Of a stretch of 64,000 nt of DNA, positions 1 through 16,483 are shown one piece after another. A program made the translations under genes and the position numbers. The notes below the pieces were generated by a model, which ran no database searches, was not told the DNA's origin, and saw only the letters and a list, made by a program, of their open reading frames with translations. This DNA is from Escherichia coli. GTDB lineage: Bacteria > Pseudomonadota > Gammaproteobacteria > Enterobacterales > Enterobacteriaceae. Location of the stretch: the NCBI RefSeq assembly GCF_003018255.1, contig NZ_CP027440.1, one strand, 5' to 3'. Position 1 is the stretch's first letter. Each line of letters opens with the position of its first letter.

Positions 1-2241
<2,241 letters not shown>

Positions 2242-2242
<1 letters not shown>

Positions 2243-3615
2243 TGACCACGCGCCTGACTCGCTGGCTAACCACGCTGGATAACTTTGAAGCCAAAATGGC
2301 GCAGTTGCCTGCGGTACGTCGCTACGGGCGATTAACCCGCGCTACCGGGCTGGTGCTGGAAGCCACCGGATTACAATTGCCGCTCGGCGCAACCTGTGTC
2401 ATTGAGCGCCAGAACGGCAGCGAAACGCACGAAGTAGAAAGCGAAGTCGTTGGCTTTAACGGTCAACGGCTGTTTTTAATGCCGCTGGAGGAAGTCGAAG
2501 GTGTCCTGCCCGGCGCGCGTGTTTATGCCAAAAACATTTCGGCTGAAGGGCTGCAAAGCGGCAAGCAGTTGCCGCTCGGTTCGGCGTTATTAGGTCGCGT
2601 TCTGGACGGCAGCGGTAAACCGCTTGATGGCCTCCCCTCCCCCGATACGACGGAAACCGGTGCGCTGATTACCCCGCCATTTAACCCGTTGCAACGTACA
2701 CCGATTGAACATGTGCTGGACACCGGCGTGCGCCCAATCAATGCCCTGCTTACCGTCGGGCGCGGGCAGCGTATGGGGCTGTTTGCCGGGTCCGGCGTTG
2801 GTAAAAGTGTGCTGCTGGGGATGATGGCACGTTACACCCGCGCCGATGTCATTGTCGTGGGTTTGATTGGTGAACGAGGGCGCGAAGTAAAAGATTTTAT
2901 TGAGAATATCCTCGGTGCCGAAGGACGTGCACGCTCCGTGGTGATTGCCGCTCCGGCGGATGTTTCTCCGCTCCTGCGAATGCAGGGTGCCGCCTATGCC
3001 ACGCGCATTGCCGAAGATTTTCGCGATCGTGGTCAGCATGTGTTGCTGATTATGGACTCCCTCACCCGCTACGCGATGGCCCAGCGTGAAATTGCGCTGG
3101 CGATTGGCGAACCACCTGCCACTAAAGGTTATCCACCGTCGGTGTTTGCCAAATTACCGGCACTGGTCGAGCGTGCCGGAAATGGCATTAGCGGCGGCGG
3201 CTCGATTACCGCGTTTTATACCGTGCTCACCGAAGGCGATGACCAGCAGGACCCCATTGCCGACTCCGCGCGGGCAATCCTCGACGGTCACATTGTGCTG
3301 TCTCGCCGACTGGCGGAAGCCGGGCACTATCCGGCTATCGATATTGAAGCGTCGATCAGTCGCGCAATGACGGCGTTGATCAGTGAGCAACATTACGCGC
3401 GAGTGCGCACCTTCAAACAGCTGTTGTCGAGTTTTCAGCGTAACCGCGATCTGGTTAGCGTCGGCGCGTATGCCAAAGGCAGCGATCCGATGCTCGACAA
3501 AGCCATCGCCCTGTGGCCGCAGCTGGAGGGCTATTTGCAACAAGGCATTTTTGAACGCGCGGACTGGGAAGCGTCTCTCCAGGGGCTGGAGCGTATTTTC
3601 CCGACAGTATCATAA
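2242..3615 (+). CDS. fliI: Flagellum-specific ATPase FliI (457 aa)
   Basis: Walker A motif GSGVGKS and F1-ATPase-like sequence; start overlaps the fliH stop. Confidence 0.95.
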
Positions 3616-3633
3616 CCCAGGAGATAACGGCAG

Positions 3634-4077
3634 ATGACAGAACATGGCGCGCTGGCGACCCTGAAAGATCTGGCAGAAAAAGAGGTAGAGGATGCCGCGC
3701 GCCTGCTGGGTGAAATGCGTCGGGGATGTCAGCAGGCGGAAGAACAGCTCAAAATGCTGATCGATTATCAGAATGAATATCGCAATAACCTCAATAGCGA
3801 TATGAGTGCCGGGATGACCAGCAACCGCTGGATCAACTATCAGCAGTTTATCCAGACGCTGGAAAAAGCCATTACTCAGCATCGCCAGCAACTTAATCAG
3901 TGGACGCAGAAAGTAGACATTGCCCTGAACAGCTGGCGAGAAAAGAAACAACGTTTGCAGGCTTGGCAGACACTGCAGGAACGGCAATCCACGGCGGCAC
4001 TGCTTGCAGAAAACCGCCTCGATCAGAAAAAGATGGATGAGTTCGCCCAGCGCGCCGCCATGAGGAAACCTGAATGA
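3634..4077 (+). CDS. fliJ: Flagellar export chaperone FliJ (147 aa)
   Basis: Size, coiled-coil composition and operon position. Confidence 0.88.
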   Translation: MTEHGALATLKDLAEKEVEDAARLLGEMRRGCQQAEEQLKMLIDYQNEYRNNLNSDMSAGMTSNRWINYQQFIQTLEKAITQHRQQLNQWTQKVDIALNSWREKKQRLQAWQTLQERQSTAALLAENRLDQKKMDEFAQRAAMRKPE

Positions 4078-5201
4078 TTCGCATAGCGCCCTTGATTACC
4101 GCTGACGTTGATAACGCCACATTGCCTGGCGGCAAAGCCAGCGATGCTGCACAAGATTTTCTCGCGTTGTTGAGCGAAGCATTAGCAGGCGAGACAACAA
4201 CCGACAAAGCGGCCCCCCAGTTGCTGGTGGCAACAGATAAGCCCACGACAAAAGGCGAGCCGCTGGTCAGCGATATTGTTTCCGATGCGCAACAAGCAGA
4301 TTTACTGATCCCTGTGGATGAAACACCGCCTGTCATCAACGACAAACAATCCACATCAACATCGTTAACCACCGCTCAGACGATAACGTTGGCTGCGGCG
4401 GCTGACAACAATACGGCAAAAGACGAAAAAGCGGATGATCTGAATGAAGACGTCACCGCAAGCCTGAGCGCCCTTTTTGCGATGTTGCCGGGTTTTGACA
4501 ATACGCCCAAAGTGACTGATGCACCGTCAACCGTGTTACCGACAGAGAAACCAACGCTTTTCACAAAACTGACTTCTGCGCAACTCACTACAGCACAGCC
4601 TGATGACGCCCCCGGCACACCAGCTCAGCCATTAACACCGCTGGTAGCAGAAGCCCAGAGTAAAGCGGAAGTCATCAGCACGCCTTCGTCGGTGACCGCT
4701 GCCGCCAGCCCGCTAATCACTCCACACCAGACACAGCCACTGCCCACCGTCGCCGCGCCTGTTTTGAGTGCACCGCTGGGTTCTCACGAATGGCAACAAT
4801 CATTAAGCCAGCATATTTCGCTGTTCACCCGCCAGGGGCAACAAAGTGCAGAGTTGCGTCTGCACCCACAGGATTTAGGTGAAGTGCAAATTTCCCTCAA
4901 AGTGGATGATAACCAGGCGCAAATCCAGATGGTTTCACCGCATCAGCACGTACGCGCCGCCCTGGAAGCAGCGCTGCCGGTACTGCGTACGCAGCTGGCC
5001 GAAAGTGGCATTCAGTTAGGGCAAAGCAACATCAGTGGCGAAAGCTTTAGTGGTCAGCAGCAGGCCGCTTCCCAACAACAGCAAAGCCAACGCACAGCAA
5101 ACCATGAACCTCTGGCGGGGGAAGACGACGATACGCTTCCGGTTCCCGTCTCTTTACAAGGGCGTGTAACAGGCAACAGCGGCGTTGATATTTTCGCCTA
5201 A
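4074..5201 (+). CDS. fliK: Flagellar hook-length control protein FliK (375 aa)
   Basis: Pro/Thr/Gln-rich low-complexity protein of the expected length and position. Confidence 0.88.
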   Translation: MIRIAPLITADVDNATLPGGKASDAAQDFLALLSEALAGETTTDKAAPQLLVATDKPTTKGEPLVSDIVSDAQQADLLIPVDETPPVINDKQSTSTSLTTAQTITLAAAADNNTAKDEKADDLNEDVTASLSALFAMLPGFDNTPKVTDAPSTVLPTEKPTLFTKLTSAQLTTAQPDDAPGTPAQPLTPLVAEAQSKAEVISTPSSVTAAASPLITPHQTQPLPTVAAPVLSAPLGSHEWQQSLSQHISLFTRQGQQSAELRLHPQDLGEVQISLKVDDNQAQIQMVSPHQHVRAALEAALPVLRTQLAESGIQLGQSNISGESFSGQQQAASQQQQSQRTANHEPLAGEDDDTLPVPVSLQGRVTGNSGVDIFA

Positions 5202-5305
5202 CGTCAGAGGTAGCACCGTAATCCGCGTCTTTTCCCCGCTTTGTTGCGCTCAAGACGCAGGATAATTAGCCGATAAGCAGTAGCGACACAGGAAGACCGC
5301 AACAC

Positions 5306-5770
5306 ATGACTGATTACGCGATAAGCAAGAAAAGCAAGCGATCGCTTTGGATCCCGATTCTGGTATTCATTACCCTCGCGGCCTGTGCCAGCGCAGGTTA
5401 CAGCTACTGGCATTCGCATCAGGTTGCCGCTGAAGACAAAGCGCAGCAACGCGTCGTGCCCTCCCCGGTCTTCTATGCGCTGGATACCTTTACGGTCAAT
5501 CTGGGCGATGCGGATCGCGTACTTTATATCGGCATAACCCTGCGACTCAAAGATGAAGCTACCCGCTCGCGGCTGAGTGAGTATTTGCCGGAAGTCCGTA
5601 GCCGTTTGCTGTTACTGTTTTCGCGTCAGGATGCTGCCGTACTGGCGACAGAAGAAGGTAAGAAAAACCTGATTGCCGAGATTAAAACCACACTTTCCAC
5701 CCCGCTTGTTGCCGGGCAACCGAAACAGGATGTCACCGACGTGCTGTATACCGCTTTTATTCTGCGATAA
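5306..5770 (+). CDS. fliL: Flagellar basal-body protein FliL (154 aa)
   Basis: N-terminal transmembrane segment; first gene of the fliL operon. Confidence 0.88.
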   Translation: MTDYAISKKSKRSLWIPILVFITLAACASAGYSYWHSHQVAAEDKAQQRVVPSPVFYALDTFTVNLGDADRVLYIGITLRLKDEATRSRLSEYLPEVRSRLLLLFSRQDAAVLATEEGKKNLIAEIKTTLSTPLVAGQPKQDVTDVLYTAFILR

Positions 5771-5774
5771 CGAC

Positions 5775-6779
5775 ATGGGCGATAGTATTCTTTCTCAAGC
5801 TGAAATTGATGCGCTGTTGAATGGTGACAGCGAAGTCAAAGACGAACCGACAGCCAGTGTTAGCGGCGAAAGTGACATTCGTCCGTACGATCCGAATACC
5901 CAACGACGGGTTGTGCGCGAACGTTTGCAGGCGCTGGAAATCATTAATGAGCGCTTTGCCCGCCATTTTCGTATGGGGCTGTTCAACCTGCTGCGCCGTA
6001 GCCCGGACATTACCGTCGGGGCCATCCGCATTCAGCCGTACCATGAATTTGCCCGCAACTTGCCGGTGCCGACCAACCTGAACCTTATCCACCTTAAACC
6101 GCTGCGCGGCACAGGGCTGGTGGTGTTCTCACCGAGTCTGGTGTTTATCGCCGTGGATAACCTGTTTGGCGGCGATGGACGCTTCCCGACCAAAGTGGAA
6201 GGTCGCGAGTTTACCCATACAGAACAGCGCGTCATCAACCGCATGTTAAAGCTGGCGCTTGAAGGCTATAGCGACGCCTGGAAGGCGATTAATCCGCTGG
6301 AAGTTGAGTACGTACGTTCGGAAATGCAGGTGAAATTTACCAATATCACCACCTCACCGAACGACATCGTGGTTAACACGCCGTTCCATGTGGAGATTGG
6401 CAACCTGACCGGCGAATTTAATATCTGTCTGCCATTCAGCATGATCGAGCCGCTACGGGAATTGTTGGTTAACCCGCCGCTGGAAAACTCGCGTAATGAA
6501 GATCAGAACTGGCGCGATAACCTGGTGCGCCAGGTGCAGCATTCACAGCTGGAGCTGGTCGCCAACTTTGCCGATATATCGCTACGCCTGTCGCAGATTT
6601 TAAAACTGAAACCCGGTGACGTCCTGCCGATAGAAAAACCCGACCGCATCATCGCCCATGTTGACGGTGTCCCGGTGCTGACCAGTCAGTACGGCACCCT
6701 CAACGGTCAGTATGCGTTACGGATAGAACATTTGATTAACCCGATTTTAAATTCTCTGAACGAGGAACAGCCCAAATGA
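5775..6779 (+). CDS. fliM: Flagellar motor switch protein FliM (334 aa)
   Basis: ORF 5673..6779; start placed at MGDSILSQAEIDALL, which gives 334 aa. Confidence 0.9.
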   Translation: MGDSILSQAEIDALLNGDSEVKDEPTASVSGESDIRPYDPNTQRRVVRERLQALEIINERFARHFRMGLFNLLRRSPDITVGAIRIQPYHEFARNLPVPTNLNLIHLKPLRGTGLVVFSPSLVFIAVDNLFGGDGRFPTKVEGREFTHTEQRVINRMLKLALEGYSDAWKAINPLEVEYVRSEMQVKFTNITTSPNDIVVNTPFHVEIGNLTGEFNICLPFSMIEPLRELLVNPPLENSRNEDQNWRDNLVRQVQHSQLELVANFADISLRLSQILKLKPGDVLPIEKPDRIIAHVDGVPVLTSQYGTLNGQYALRIEHLINPILNSLNEEQPK

Positions 6780-7189
6780 GTGACATGAATAATCCGGCCG
6801 ATGACAACAACGGCGCAATGGACGATCTGTGGGCTGAAGCGTTGAGCGAACAAAAATCAACCAGCGGCAAAAGCGCTGCCGACGCGGTGTTCCAGCAATT
6901 TGGCGGTGGTGATGTCAGCGGAACGTTGCAGGATATCGACCTGATTATGGATATTCCGGTCAAGCTGACCGTCGAGCTGGGCCGCACACGAATGACCATC
7001 AAAGAGTTATTGCGTCTGACGCAAGGGTCCGTCGTGGCGCTGGACGGCCTGGCGGGCGAACCGCTGGATATTCTGATCAACGGTTATTTAATTGCTCAGG
7101 GCGAAGTTGTCGTAGTCGCTGATAAATATGGCGTGCGGATCACCGATATCATTACTCCGTCTGAGCGAATGCGTCGCCTGAGCCGTTAG
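6776..7189 (+). CDS. fliN: Flagellar motor switch protein FliN (137 aa)
   Basis: Size and sequence; overlaps fliM stop. Confidence 0.9.
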   Translation: MSDMNNPADDNNGAMDDLWAEALSEQKSTSGKSAADAVFQQFGGGDVSGTLQDIDLIMDIPVKLTVELGRTRMTIKELLRLTQGSVVALDGLAGEPLDILINGYLIAQGEVVVVADKYGVRITDIITPSERMRRLSR

Positions 7190-7557
7190 TGATGAATAAC
7201 CATGCTACTGTGCAATCTTCCGCGCCGGTTTCTACTGCGCCACTGCTGCAGGTGAGCGGCGCACTCATCGCCATTATTGCCCTGATCCTCGCTGCTGCCT
7301 GGCTGGTAAAACGGCTGGGATTTGCCCCGAAACGCACTGGCGTTAACGGTCTGAAAATTAGCGCCAGTGCTTCGCTGGGCGCGCGTGAACGGGTCGTGGT
7401 GGTCGATGTGGAAGATGCACGGCTGGTGCTCGGCGTTACCGCAGGGCAAATCAATCTGCTGCATAAACTTCCCCCTTCAGCACCAACGGAAGAGATACCG
7501 CAGACCGATTTTCAGTCGGTCATGAAAAATTTGCTTAAGCGTAGCGGGAGATCCTGA
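7189..7557 (+). CDS. fliO: Flagellar export protein FliO
   Basis: Small single-TM protein between fliN and fliP. Confidence 0.82.
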   Translation: MMNNHATVQSSAPVSTAPLLQVSGALIAIIALILAAAWLVKRLGFAPKRTGVNGLKISASASLGARERVVVVDVEDARLVLGVTAGQINLLHKLPPSAPTEEIPQTDFQSVMKNLLKRSGRS

Positions 7558-8628
7558 TGCGTCGTTTGTTGTCTGTCGCACCTGTCCTTCTCTGGCTGGT
7601 TACGCCCCTCGCCTTCGCGCAACTGCCGGGTATCACCAGCCAGCCGCTGCCTGGCGGTGGACAAAGCTGGTCGCTCCCGGTGCAGACGCTGGTGTTCATT
7701 ACCTCGTTGACGTTTATCCCGGCAATTTTACTGATGATGACCAGTTTCACCCGCATCATCATTGTTTTTGGTTTATTGCGTAACGCACTGGGAACACCCT
7801 CCGCGCCACCTAACCAGGTATTGCTGGGGCTGGCACTGTTTTTGACCTTTTTTATTATGTCGCCGGTGATCGACAAAATTTATGTCGATGCGTACCAGCC
7901 ATTTAGCGAAGAGAAAATATCAATGCAGGAGGCGCTGGAAAAAGGGGCGCAGCCGCTGCGTGAGTTTATGCTGCGTCAGACCCGTGAGGCAGATTTAGGG
8001 GTCCATGCGCTGTTGTCTTGACTGTTACGTCTTCGCGCAACTTTCAACCTGCTGCTGACGCTGTTTGCATTTTTTTTTTTTTTTTTTTTTTTTTCATTTT
8101 TTTTTGTTTATTGCGTAACGCACTGGAACACCCTCCGCGCCACCTAACCAGGTATTGCTGGGGCTGGCACTGTTTTTGACCTTTTTTATTATGTCGCCGG
8201 TGATCGACAAAATTTATGTCGATGCGTACCAGCCATTTAGCGAAGAGAAAATATCAATGCAGGAGGCGCTGGAAAAAGGGGCGCAGCCGCTGCGTGAGTT
8301 TATGCTGCGTCAGACCCGTGAGGCAGATTTAGGGTTGTTTGCCAGACTGGCGAATACCGGCCCGTTGCAGGGACCTGAAGCCGTGCCGATGCGCATTTTG
8401 CTCCCGGCTTACGTGACCAGCGAGTTGAAAACCGCATTTCAGATAGGCTTCACGATTTTCATTCCTTTTTTGATTATCGACCTGGTGATTGCCAGCGTGT
8501 TGATGGCATTGGGGATGATGATGGTTCCCCCAGCCACCATTGCTCTGCCCTTTAAACTGATGCTGTTTGTACTGGTGGATGGCTGGCAATTGCTGGTCGG
8601 TTCGCTGGCGCAGAGCTTTTACAGCTAG
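7557..8628 (+). pseudogene. fliP: fliP (flagellar export apparatus) interrupted: N-terminal part 7557..8000 runs into the insert and stops at 8021; the C-terminal remainder resumes only after a duplicated segment (8106..8628)
   Basis: Intact FliP is ~245 aa. Here the frame reads through ...QTREADLG then VHALLS-stop; ...[18 protein letters not shown]... reappears downstream after the duplicate. Confidence 0.8.
8001..8105. other. Insert inside fliP: 69 bp of unrelated sequence, a T25 homopolymer (8070..8094), 'ca', then T9; followed by a second copy of fliP nt ~7771..8000
   Basis: Direct reading: 7771..8000 and 8107..8336 are identical except one missing G (cactggg to cactgg) near the 5' edge of copy 2. 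Confidence 0.85.
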
Positions 8629-8637
8629 AGAGGCAAA

Positions 8638-8907
8638 ATGACACCTGAATCGGTCATGATGATGGGGACTGAAGCGATGAAAGTCGCGCTGGCACTGGCT
8701 GCCCCACTGTTGCTGGTGGCGCTGGTCACGGGTCTTATCATCAGTATTTTGCAGGCCGCCACGCAGATCAACGAAATGACGCTGTCGTTTATTCCAAAAA
8801 TCATCGCCGTATTTATCGCCATTATTATTGCCGGACCGTGGATGCTCAATCTGTTGCTGGATTACGTCCGCACCTTGTTCACTAACCTGCCGTATATCAT
8901 CGGGTAG
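8638..8907 (+). CDS. fliQ: Flagellar export apparatus protein FliQ (89 aa)
   Basis: Size, hydrophobicity and position. Confidence 0.9.
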   Translation: MTPESVMMMGTEAMKVALALAAPLLLVALVTGLIISILQAATQINEMTLSFIPKIIAVFIAIIIAGPWMLNLLLDYVRTLFTNLPYIIG

Positions 8908-8915
8908 GCCGTACA

Positions 8916-9701
8916 ATGATGCAGGTAACAAGCGATCAATGGCTTTCCTGGTTAAGCCTGTACTTCTGGCCGTTACTGCGCGTGCTGGCGCTCATTTCTA
9001 CCGCACCAATTCTGAGCGAACGCAGCGTGCCGAAACGGGTAAAACTGGGTCTGGCAATGATGATCACGTTCGCTATTGCCCCATCATTACCTGCCAACGA
9101 TGTTCCTGTTTTTTCGTTCTTTGCTCTGTGGCTGGCCGTGCAGCAGATCCTGATCGGCATTGCGCTTGGTTTTACCATGCAATTTGCCTTTGCCGCGGTG
9201 CGAACCGCTGGTGAAATTATCGGTCTGCAAATGGGGCTGTCATTTGCGACGTTTGTCGATCCGGCCAGCCATCTCAATATGCCCGTTCTAGCGCGTATCA
9301 TGGATATGCTGGCGTTATTGCTGTTCCTGACATTTAACGGTCATTTATGGTTGATTTCACTGCTAGTCGATACCTTTCACACCCTGCCAATTGGTGGCGA
9401 ACCGTTGAACAGCAATGCGTTTCTGGCACTCACCAAAGCAGGGAGTTTGATTTTCCTTAACGGGCTGATGCTGGCATTACCGCTCATTACTCTGCTGCTG
9501 ACCCTGAATCTGGCATTAGGTTTACTGAATCGTATGGCCCCGCAATTATCCATTTTTGTTATTGGATTTCCATTAACTCTGACTGTCGGTATCTCTTTAA
9601 TGGCGGCATTAATGCCGTTAATTGCGCCTTTTTGCGAACATTTATTCAGTGAGATGTTTAATTTGCTGGCTGATATTATTAGTGAATTGCCATTAATATA
9701 A
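8916..9701 (+). CDS. fliR: Flagellar export apparatus protein FliR (261 aa)
   Basis: Polytopic membrane protein; last gene of the operon. Confidence 0.9.
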   Translation: MMQVTSDQWLSWLSLYFWPLLRVLALISTAPILSERSVPKRVKLGLAMMITFAIAPSLPANDVPVFSFFALWLAVQQILIGIALGFTMQFAFAAVRTAGEIIGLQMGLSFATFVDPASHLNMPVLARIMDMLALLLFLTFNGHLWLISLLVDTFHTLPIGGEPLNSNAFLALTKAGSLIFLNGLMLALPLITLLLTLNLALGLLNRMAPQLSIFVIGFPLTLTVGISLMAALMPLIAPFCEHLFSEMFNLLADIISELPLI

Positions 9702-9990
9702 TTCCGTAACGTTTATCATGTTATCCTAAGGATTATCCGAAAAATAATACCTACGAACATCTTCCAGGATACTCCTGCGGCGAAATATTTGTTTTAAGCT
9801 CACTCACATATCGCAACATTTACTTTACTTTAAGACAATTCCAGGCAAATTATACAACACTTTACGGGATAGTAAGTCCGCCTGAAAAATCGCGAGAGTG
9901 GCGCATTAGGTGACCCATGTTGTTCCGTTTAGTCATGATGAAATATTCAGGTAAGGGGAATTATCGTTACGCATTGAGTGAGGGTATGCC

Positions 9991-10614
9991 ATGTCAACGA
10001 TTATTATGGATTTATGTAGTTACACCCGACTAGGTTTAACCGGGTATCTGTTGAGTAGAGGGGTTAAAAAAAGAGAAATCAACGACATTGAAACCGTTGA
10101 TGACCTTGCCATAGCTTGTGATTCACAGCGCCCTTCAGTGGTGTTTATTAATGAGGACTGTTTCATCCACGATGCTTCTAACAGTCAGCGCATCAAGCAC
10201 ATCATTAATCAACATCCCAATACGTTATTTATCGTTTTTATGGCAATTGCCAATGTTCATTTTGATGAATATCTATTGGTCAGAAAAAATTTATTGATCA
10301 GTTCTAAATCGATTAAACCGGAATCTCTCGATGATATCCTTGGCGATATTCTGAAAAAAGAGACAACGATAACCTCGTTTTTAAATATGCCGACGTTATC
10401 ATTGAGCCGAACCGAATCGAGTATGTTGCGAATGTGGATGGCAGGTCAGGGAACCATTCAAATCTCCGACCAAATGAATATCAAAGCCAAGACCGTTTCA
10501 TCGCATAAAGGTAATATTAAACGTAAGATCAAAACGCATAATAAACAGGTTATCTACCATGTCGTCCGACTGACGGATAATGTGACTAATGGTATTTTTG
10601 TCAACATGCGCTAA
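9991..10614 (+). CDS. rcsA: Capsule synthesis regulator RcsA (LuxR-type, 207 aa)
   Basis: Sequence I recognise as RcsA; AT-rich upstream region; position after fliR. Confidence 0.9.
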   Translation: MSTIIMDLCSYTRLGLTGYLLSRGVKKREINDIETVDDLAIACDSQRPSVVFINEDCFIHDASNSQRIKHIINQHPNTLFIVFMAIANVHFDEYLLVRKNLLISSKSIKPESLDDILGDILKKETTITSFLNMPTLSLSRTESSMLRMWMAGQGTIQISDQMNIKAKTVSSHKGNIKRKIKTHNKQVIYHVVRLTDNVTNGIFVNMR

Positions 10615-10620
10615 CACATT

Positions 10621-10646
10621 CTGACTGGTGGTTTCCCACCAGTCAG
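10621..10646. terminator. Perfect 11-bp stem hairpin between convergent rcsA and dsrB; probable bidirectional terminator
   Basis: ctgactggtgg-tttc-ccaccagtcag read directly; no strong T-tract, so moderate. Confidence 0.4.
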
Positions 10647-10657
10647 GCTGAATTAGA

Positions 10658-10936
<279 letters not shown>

Positions 10937-11008
10937 CTATACTTAAGAGATGCCAGGCGGACTTAACGACTGGCGGCAACAACAGAGTAACGGTTGCGAG
11001 GAAAGATG

Positions 11009-11236
11009 ATGAAAACCGCAAAAGAGTACAGCGATACCGCAAAACGTGAGGTCAGCGTCGATGTCGATGCCCTGCTGGCGGCGATCAATGAAATTAGCGA
11101 AAGCGAAGTTCATCGCAGCCAGAACGATTCTGAACACGTTAGTGTCGATGGACGTGAATATCATACATGGCGTGAATTGGCGGATGCCTTCGAACTGGAT
11201 ATTCATGACTTCAGCGTCTCTGAAGTGAATCGTTGA
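11009..11236 (+). CDS. yodD: Stress-induced protein YodD (75 aa)
   Basis: ORF 10994..11236; start set to MKTAKEY... to give 75 aa. Confidence 0.75.
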   Translation: MKTAKEYSDTAKREVSVDVDALLAAINEISESEVHRSQNDSEHVSVDGREYHTWRELADAFELDIHDFSVSEVNR

Positions 11237-11250
11237 ATGCACAATAAAAA

Positions 11251-11337
11251 AAATCCCGACCCTGAGGGGGTCGGGATGAAACTTGCTTAAGCAAGAAGCA
11301 CTTAAAAAATTCGTTACACCAGGAAATCTGATGTGTT
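11251..11337 (-). ncRNA. dsrA: DsrA small regulatory RNA (Hfq-dependent; regulates rpoS and hns)
   Basis: The minus strand reads AACACATCAGATTTCCTGGTGTAACGAATTTTTTAAGTGCTTCTTGCTTAAGCAAGTTTCATCCCGACCCCCTCAGGGTCGGGATTT, ending in a terminator hairpin plus U-tract; matches DsrA as I remember it. Confidence 0.85.
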
Positions 11338-11516
11338 CATCACCTTATCCGCAATTTTTTTCGCTGACAAGAAAATATTCGTGATATGAATGATTAACGC
11401 TACTTATGAATAGAAATGTGACGCGCGTCACCCCTTGGTGGCTCTGGCGTCAACGGGATCGCTCCCAAAAAAATCATCTTTGATAATTTGTGCTGTTTTG
11501 AGAATCATCCTGGTAA

Positions 11517-14041
<2,525 letters not shown>

Positions 14042-14211
14042 CCTGACGACTCCCAACCTGCTTTTTTATGATTCTGGCATAACCCGGCGATAACGTACCG
14101 CAAAACAGCGATAATTTTATAATGGTGGCATGATAAGACGCGACTATCATTCATTGCAGGCATTGGCACACCAGGCCGGATGTGATCCGGCCTGGTGTTA
14201 ATGATACCCTT

Positions 14212-14394
14212 TCAAACTTCTTCCGCAGAACGACTCCCCTCCCCCGGAACAAGATCGGTTTCATGAAAAGCTTCCCGCTTGACCCCGTAACCGTCATACC
14301 AACGACACTCAACCATACCGCTGGAGTATCCAGTGACAATCATCCGCGGGCCGCCCTCTTTAACCGTAACTTCCTCACTAACCATAAAGCTCAT
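14212..14394 (-). CDS. yodC: YodC (60 aa)
   Basis: Small conserved ORF in the expected position. Confidence 0.65.
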   Translation of the reverse strand: MSFMVSEEVTVKEGGPRMIVTGYSSGMVECRWYDGYGVKREAFHETDLVPGEGSRSAEEV

Positions 14395-14472
14395 ACTCGC
14401 CTCCTTTTTTCGAGTGAAACTTGTTCACCTTAGTTGAAGATGGCGAATTTTGCATAATAGCCAGTGCGAGTA

Positions 14473-15390
14473 TTAATGTGCCTGACCGCGCATTTTCGCT
14501 ACTGCTTTCACTCCCAGCACCACGATGCCGCCGATGATAAAACCAAGAATCAGATTTAAAACAGTCGGTAATATCATCGCCACCACTGCACTTTGCTGCC
14601 CGGCGAAATGTTCAATGGCGTGATGCAGCGGCGCAATACCATGTACCACAATCCCGCCGCCGACGAGGAACATCGCCAGCGTGCCGACAATCGATAACGC
14701 CTTCATCAACCAGGGCGCAATGATCAATAACCCTTTACCTAATGCCTGCATCAGCGCGCTGGATTTTTCCGCCAACCAATACCCCAGGTCATCAATCTTA
14801 ACGATAACCCCTACCAGACCGTAGACGCCCACGGTCACTACCAGCGCGATGCCTGAAAGCACCAGCACCTGATTAAGCAACGGCGCTTCTGCCACAATCC
14901 CCAGCGTGATGGCGACGATTTCCGCAGACAAAATAAAATCGGTACGAATCGCCCCTTTAATTTTGTCCTTTTCAAACTTCAGCGGATCCTGCGCCGCCAG
15001 CTTCTCCAGACGCTGCTGGCTCTGCGCTGGATCTTCTTTATGTTTACGCGCCTCCAGCATATGCAGCACTTTCTCTACCCCTTCAAAGCAGAGAAACGCG
15101 CCACCAATCATCAACAGTGGCGTAATCGCCCACGGGATAAACGCACTGATGATCAGCGCCAGCGGCACCAGAATCACTTTATTGATCAGCGATCCTTTCG
15201 CCACGCCCCAGACCACGGGAAGTTCCCGGTTGGCCCGCACGCCCGAAACTTGTTGCGCATTGAGCGATAAATCATCCCCTAATACACCGGCGGTTTTCTT
15301 CGCCGCCAGTTTGCCCATCACGGAGATATCGTCCAGCAGTGTGGCGATATCATCGAGCAACGTCAGTAAACTACTCCCGGCCAAAAGCAT
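14473..15390 (-). CDS. yedI: Inner-membrane protein YedI (DUF808, 305 aa)
   Basis: Size, hydrophobic profile and position. Confidence 0.85.
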   Translation of the reverse strand: MLLAGSSLLTLLDDIATLLDDISVMGKLAAKKTAGVLGDDLSLNAQQVSGVRANRELPVVWGVAKGSLINKVILVPLALIISAFIPWAITPLLMIGGAFLCFEGVEKVLHMLEARKHKEDPAQSQQRLEKLAAQDPLKFEKDKIKGAIRTDFILSAEIVAITLGIVAEAPLLNQVLVLSGIALVVTVGVYGLVGVIVKIDDLGYWLAEKSSALMQALGKGLLIIAPWLMKALSIVGTLAMFLVGGGIVVHGIAPLHHAIEHFAGQQSAVVAMILPTVLNLILGFIIGGIVVLGVKAVAKMRGQAH

Positions 15391-15562
15391 TCCCTCTCAT
15401 TTTTATTGTTGAAGGGTGTAAGTATGAAGCAAAAACGGCAGCTCTGATACTTGCTTCACAGGTCAACATTTATTTAACAATCAAGTGCAATTATATCTCT
15501 CGCCAGCAGAATGATTTTCACGTTTACTATGAACCACCTTTTTATTTCCGCCGTGAGGGATT

Positions 15563-16483
15563 ATGCGTTTCCGCCAGTTGTTACCGCTTTTTGGCGCGCT
15601 GTTTGCGTTGTATATCATTTGGGGCTCAACCTATTTTGTCATTCGGATTGGCGTGGAAAGCTGGCCTCCGTTAATGATGGCGGGCGTTCGATTCCTGGCA
15701 GCCGGTATTTTATTGCTGGCATTTTTGCTACTGCGCGGACACAAACTTCCCCCGCTACGTCCGCTGCTCAATGCCGCGCTGATTGGCCTGTTATTGCTGG
15801 CTGTCGGTAATGGCATGGTGACGGTTGCCGAACATCAAAATGTTCCTTCCGGCATCGCCGCCGTAGTGGTTGCAACCGTGCCCCTCTTTACCCTGTGCTT
15901 CAGCCGCCTGTTTGGCATTAAAACGCGCAAACTGGAATGGGTGGGTATCGCCATTGGGCTTGCCGGAATCATCATGCTCAATAGCGGTGGAAATTTAAGC
16001 GGCAATCCGTGGGGCGCGATTCTGATTTTAATCGGCTCGATTAGCTGGGCGTTTGGCTCGGTTTATGGCTCGCGCATTACCTTACCTGTAGGGATGATGG
16101 CGGGTGCGATTGAGATGCTGGCGGCAGGCGTGGTGTTAATGATTGCGTCGATGATTGCGGGTGAAAAACTGACGGCGCTCCCTTCCCTTTCAGGCTTCCT
16201 TGCGGTCGGCTATCTGGCGCTGTTTGGTTCGATTATCGCCATTAACGCTTATATGTATTTAATCCGCAACGTCAGTCCGGCTCTCGCCACCAGCTACGCC
16301 TACGTTAACCCGGTGGTCGCGGTCTTACTGGGTACGGGACTGGGTGGCGAAACGCTGTCGAAGATTGAATGGCTGGCGCTCGGCGTGATTGTCTTCGCGG
16401 TGGTACTGGTCACGTTGGGAAAATATCTCTTCCCGGCAAAACCCGTAGTTGCGCCAGTTATTCAGGACGCATCAAGCGAGTAA
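15563..16483 (+). CDS. yedA: EamA/DMT-family transporter YedA (306 aa)
   Basis: Ten-TM-like hydrophobic protein of the expected size. Confidence 0.85.
   Translation: MRFRQLLPLFGALFALYIIWGSTYFVIRIGVESWPPLMMAGVRFLAAGILLLAFLLLRGHKLPPLRPLLNAALIGLLLLAVGNGMVTVAEHQNVPSGIAAVVVATVPLFTLCFSRLFGIKTRKLEWVGIAIGLAGIIMLNSGGNLSGNPWGAILILIGSISWAFGSVYGSRITLPVGMMAGAIEMLAAGVVLMIASMIAGEKLTALPSLSGFLAVGYLALFGSIIAINAYMYLIRNVSPALATSYAYVNPVVAVLLGTGLGGETLSKIEWLALGVIVFAVVLVTLGKYLFPAKPVVAPVIQDASSE

Noticed and set aside
5673-5774. Longer fliM start (ORF track begins at 5673)
   Set aside because: The extension overlaps the end of fliL and lacks the conserved FliM N-terminus; the Met at 5775 gives the expected 334 aa.
8041-8110. 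CRISPR or other short-repeat array around the T-tract
   Set aside because: No repeat-spacer periodicity; just one homopolymer and one duplicated segment.
7758-8336. Diversity-generating retroelement (template/variable repeat) as an explanation for the fliP duplication
   Set aside because: The two copies are nearly identical with no adenine-specific substitutions; the RT is 34 kb away inside a prophage; the target is a housekeeping gene rather than a ligand-binding domain.
14169-14197. 13-bp perfect inverted repeat (caccaggccggat gtg atccggcctggtg) downstream of yodC
   Set aside because: It may be a REP-like hairpin or weak terminator, but there is no T-tract and no second copy in the window, so I did not call it as a feature.
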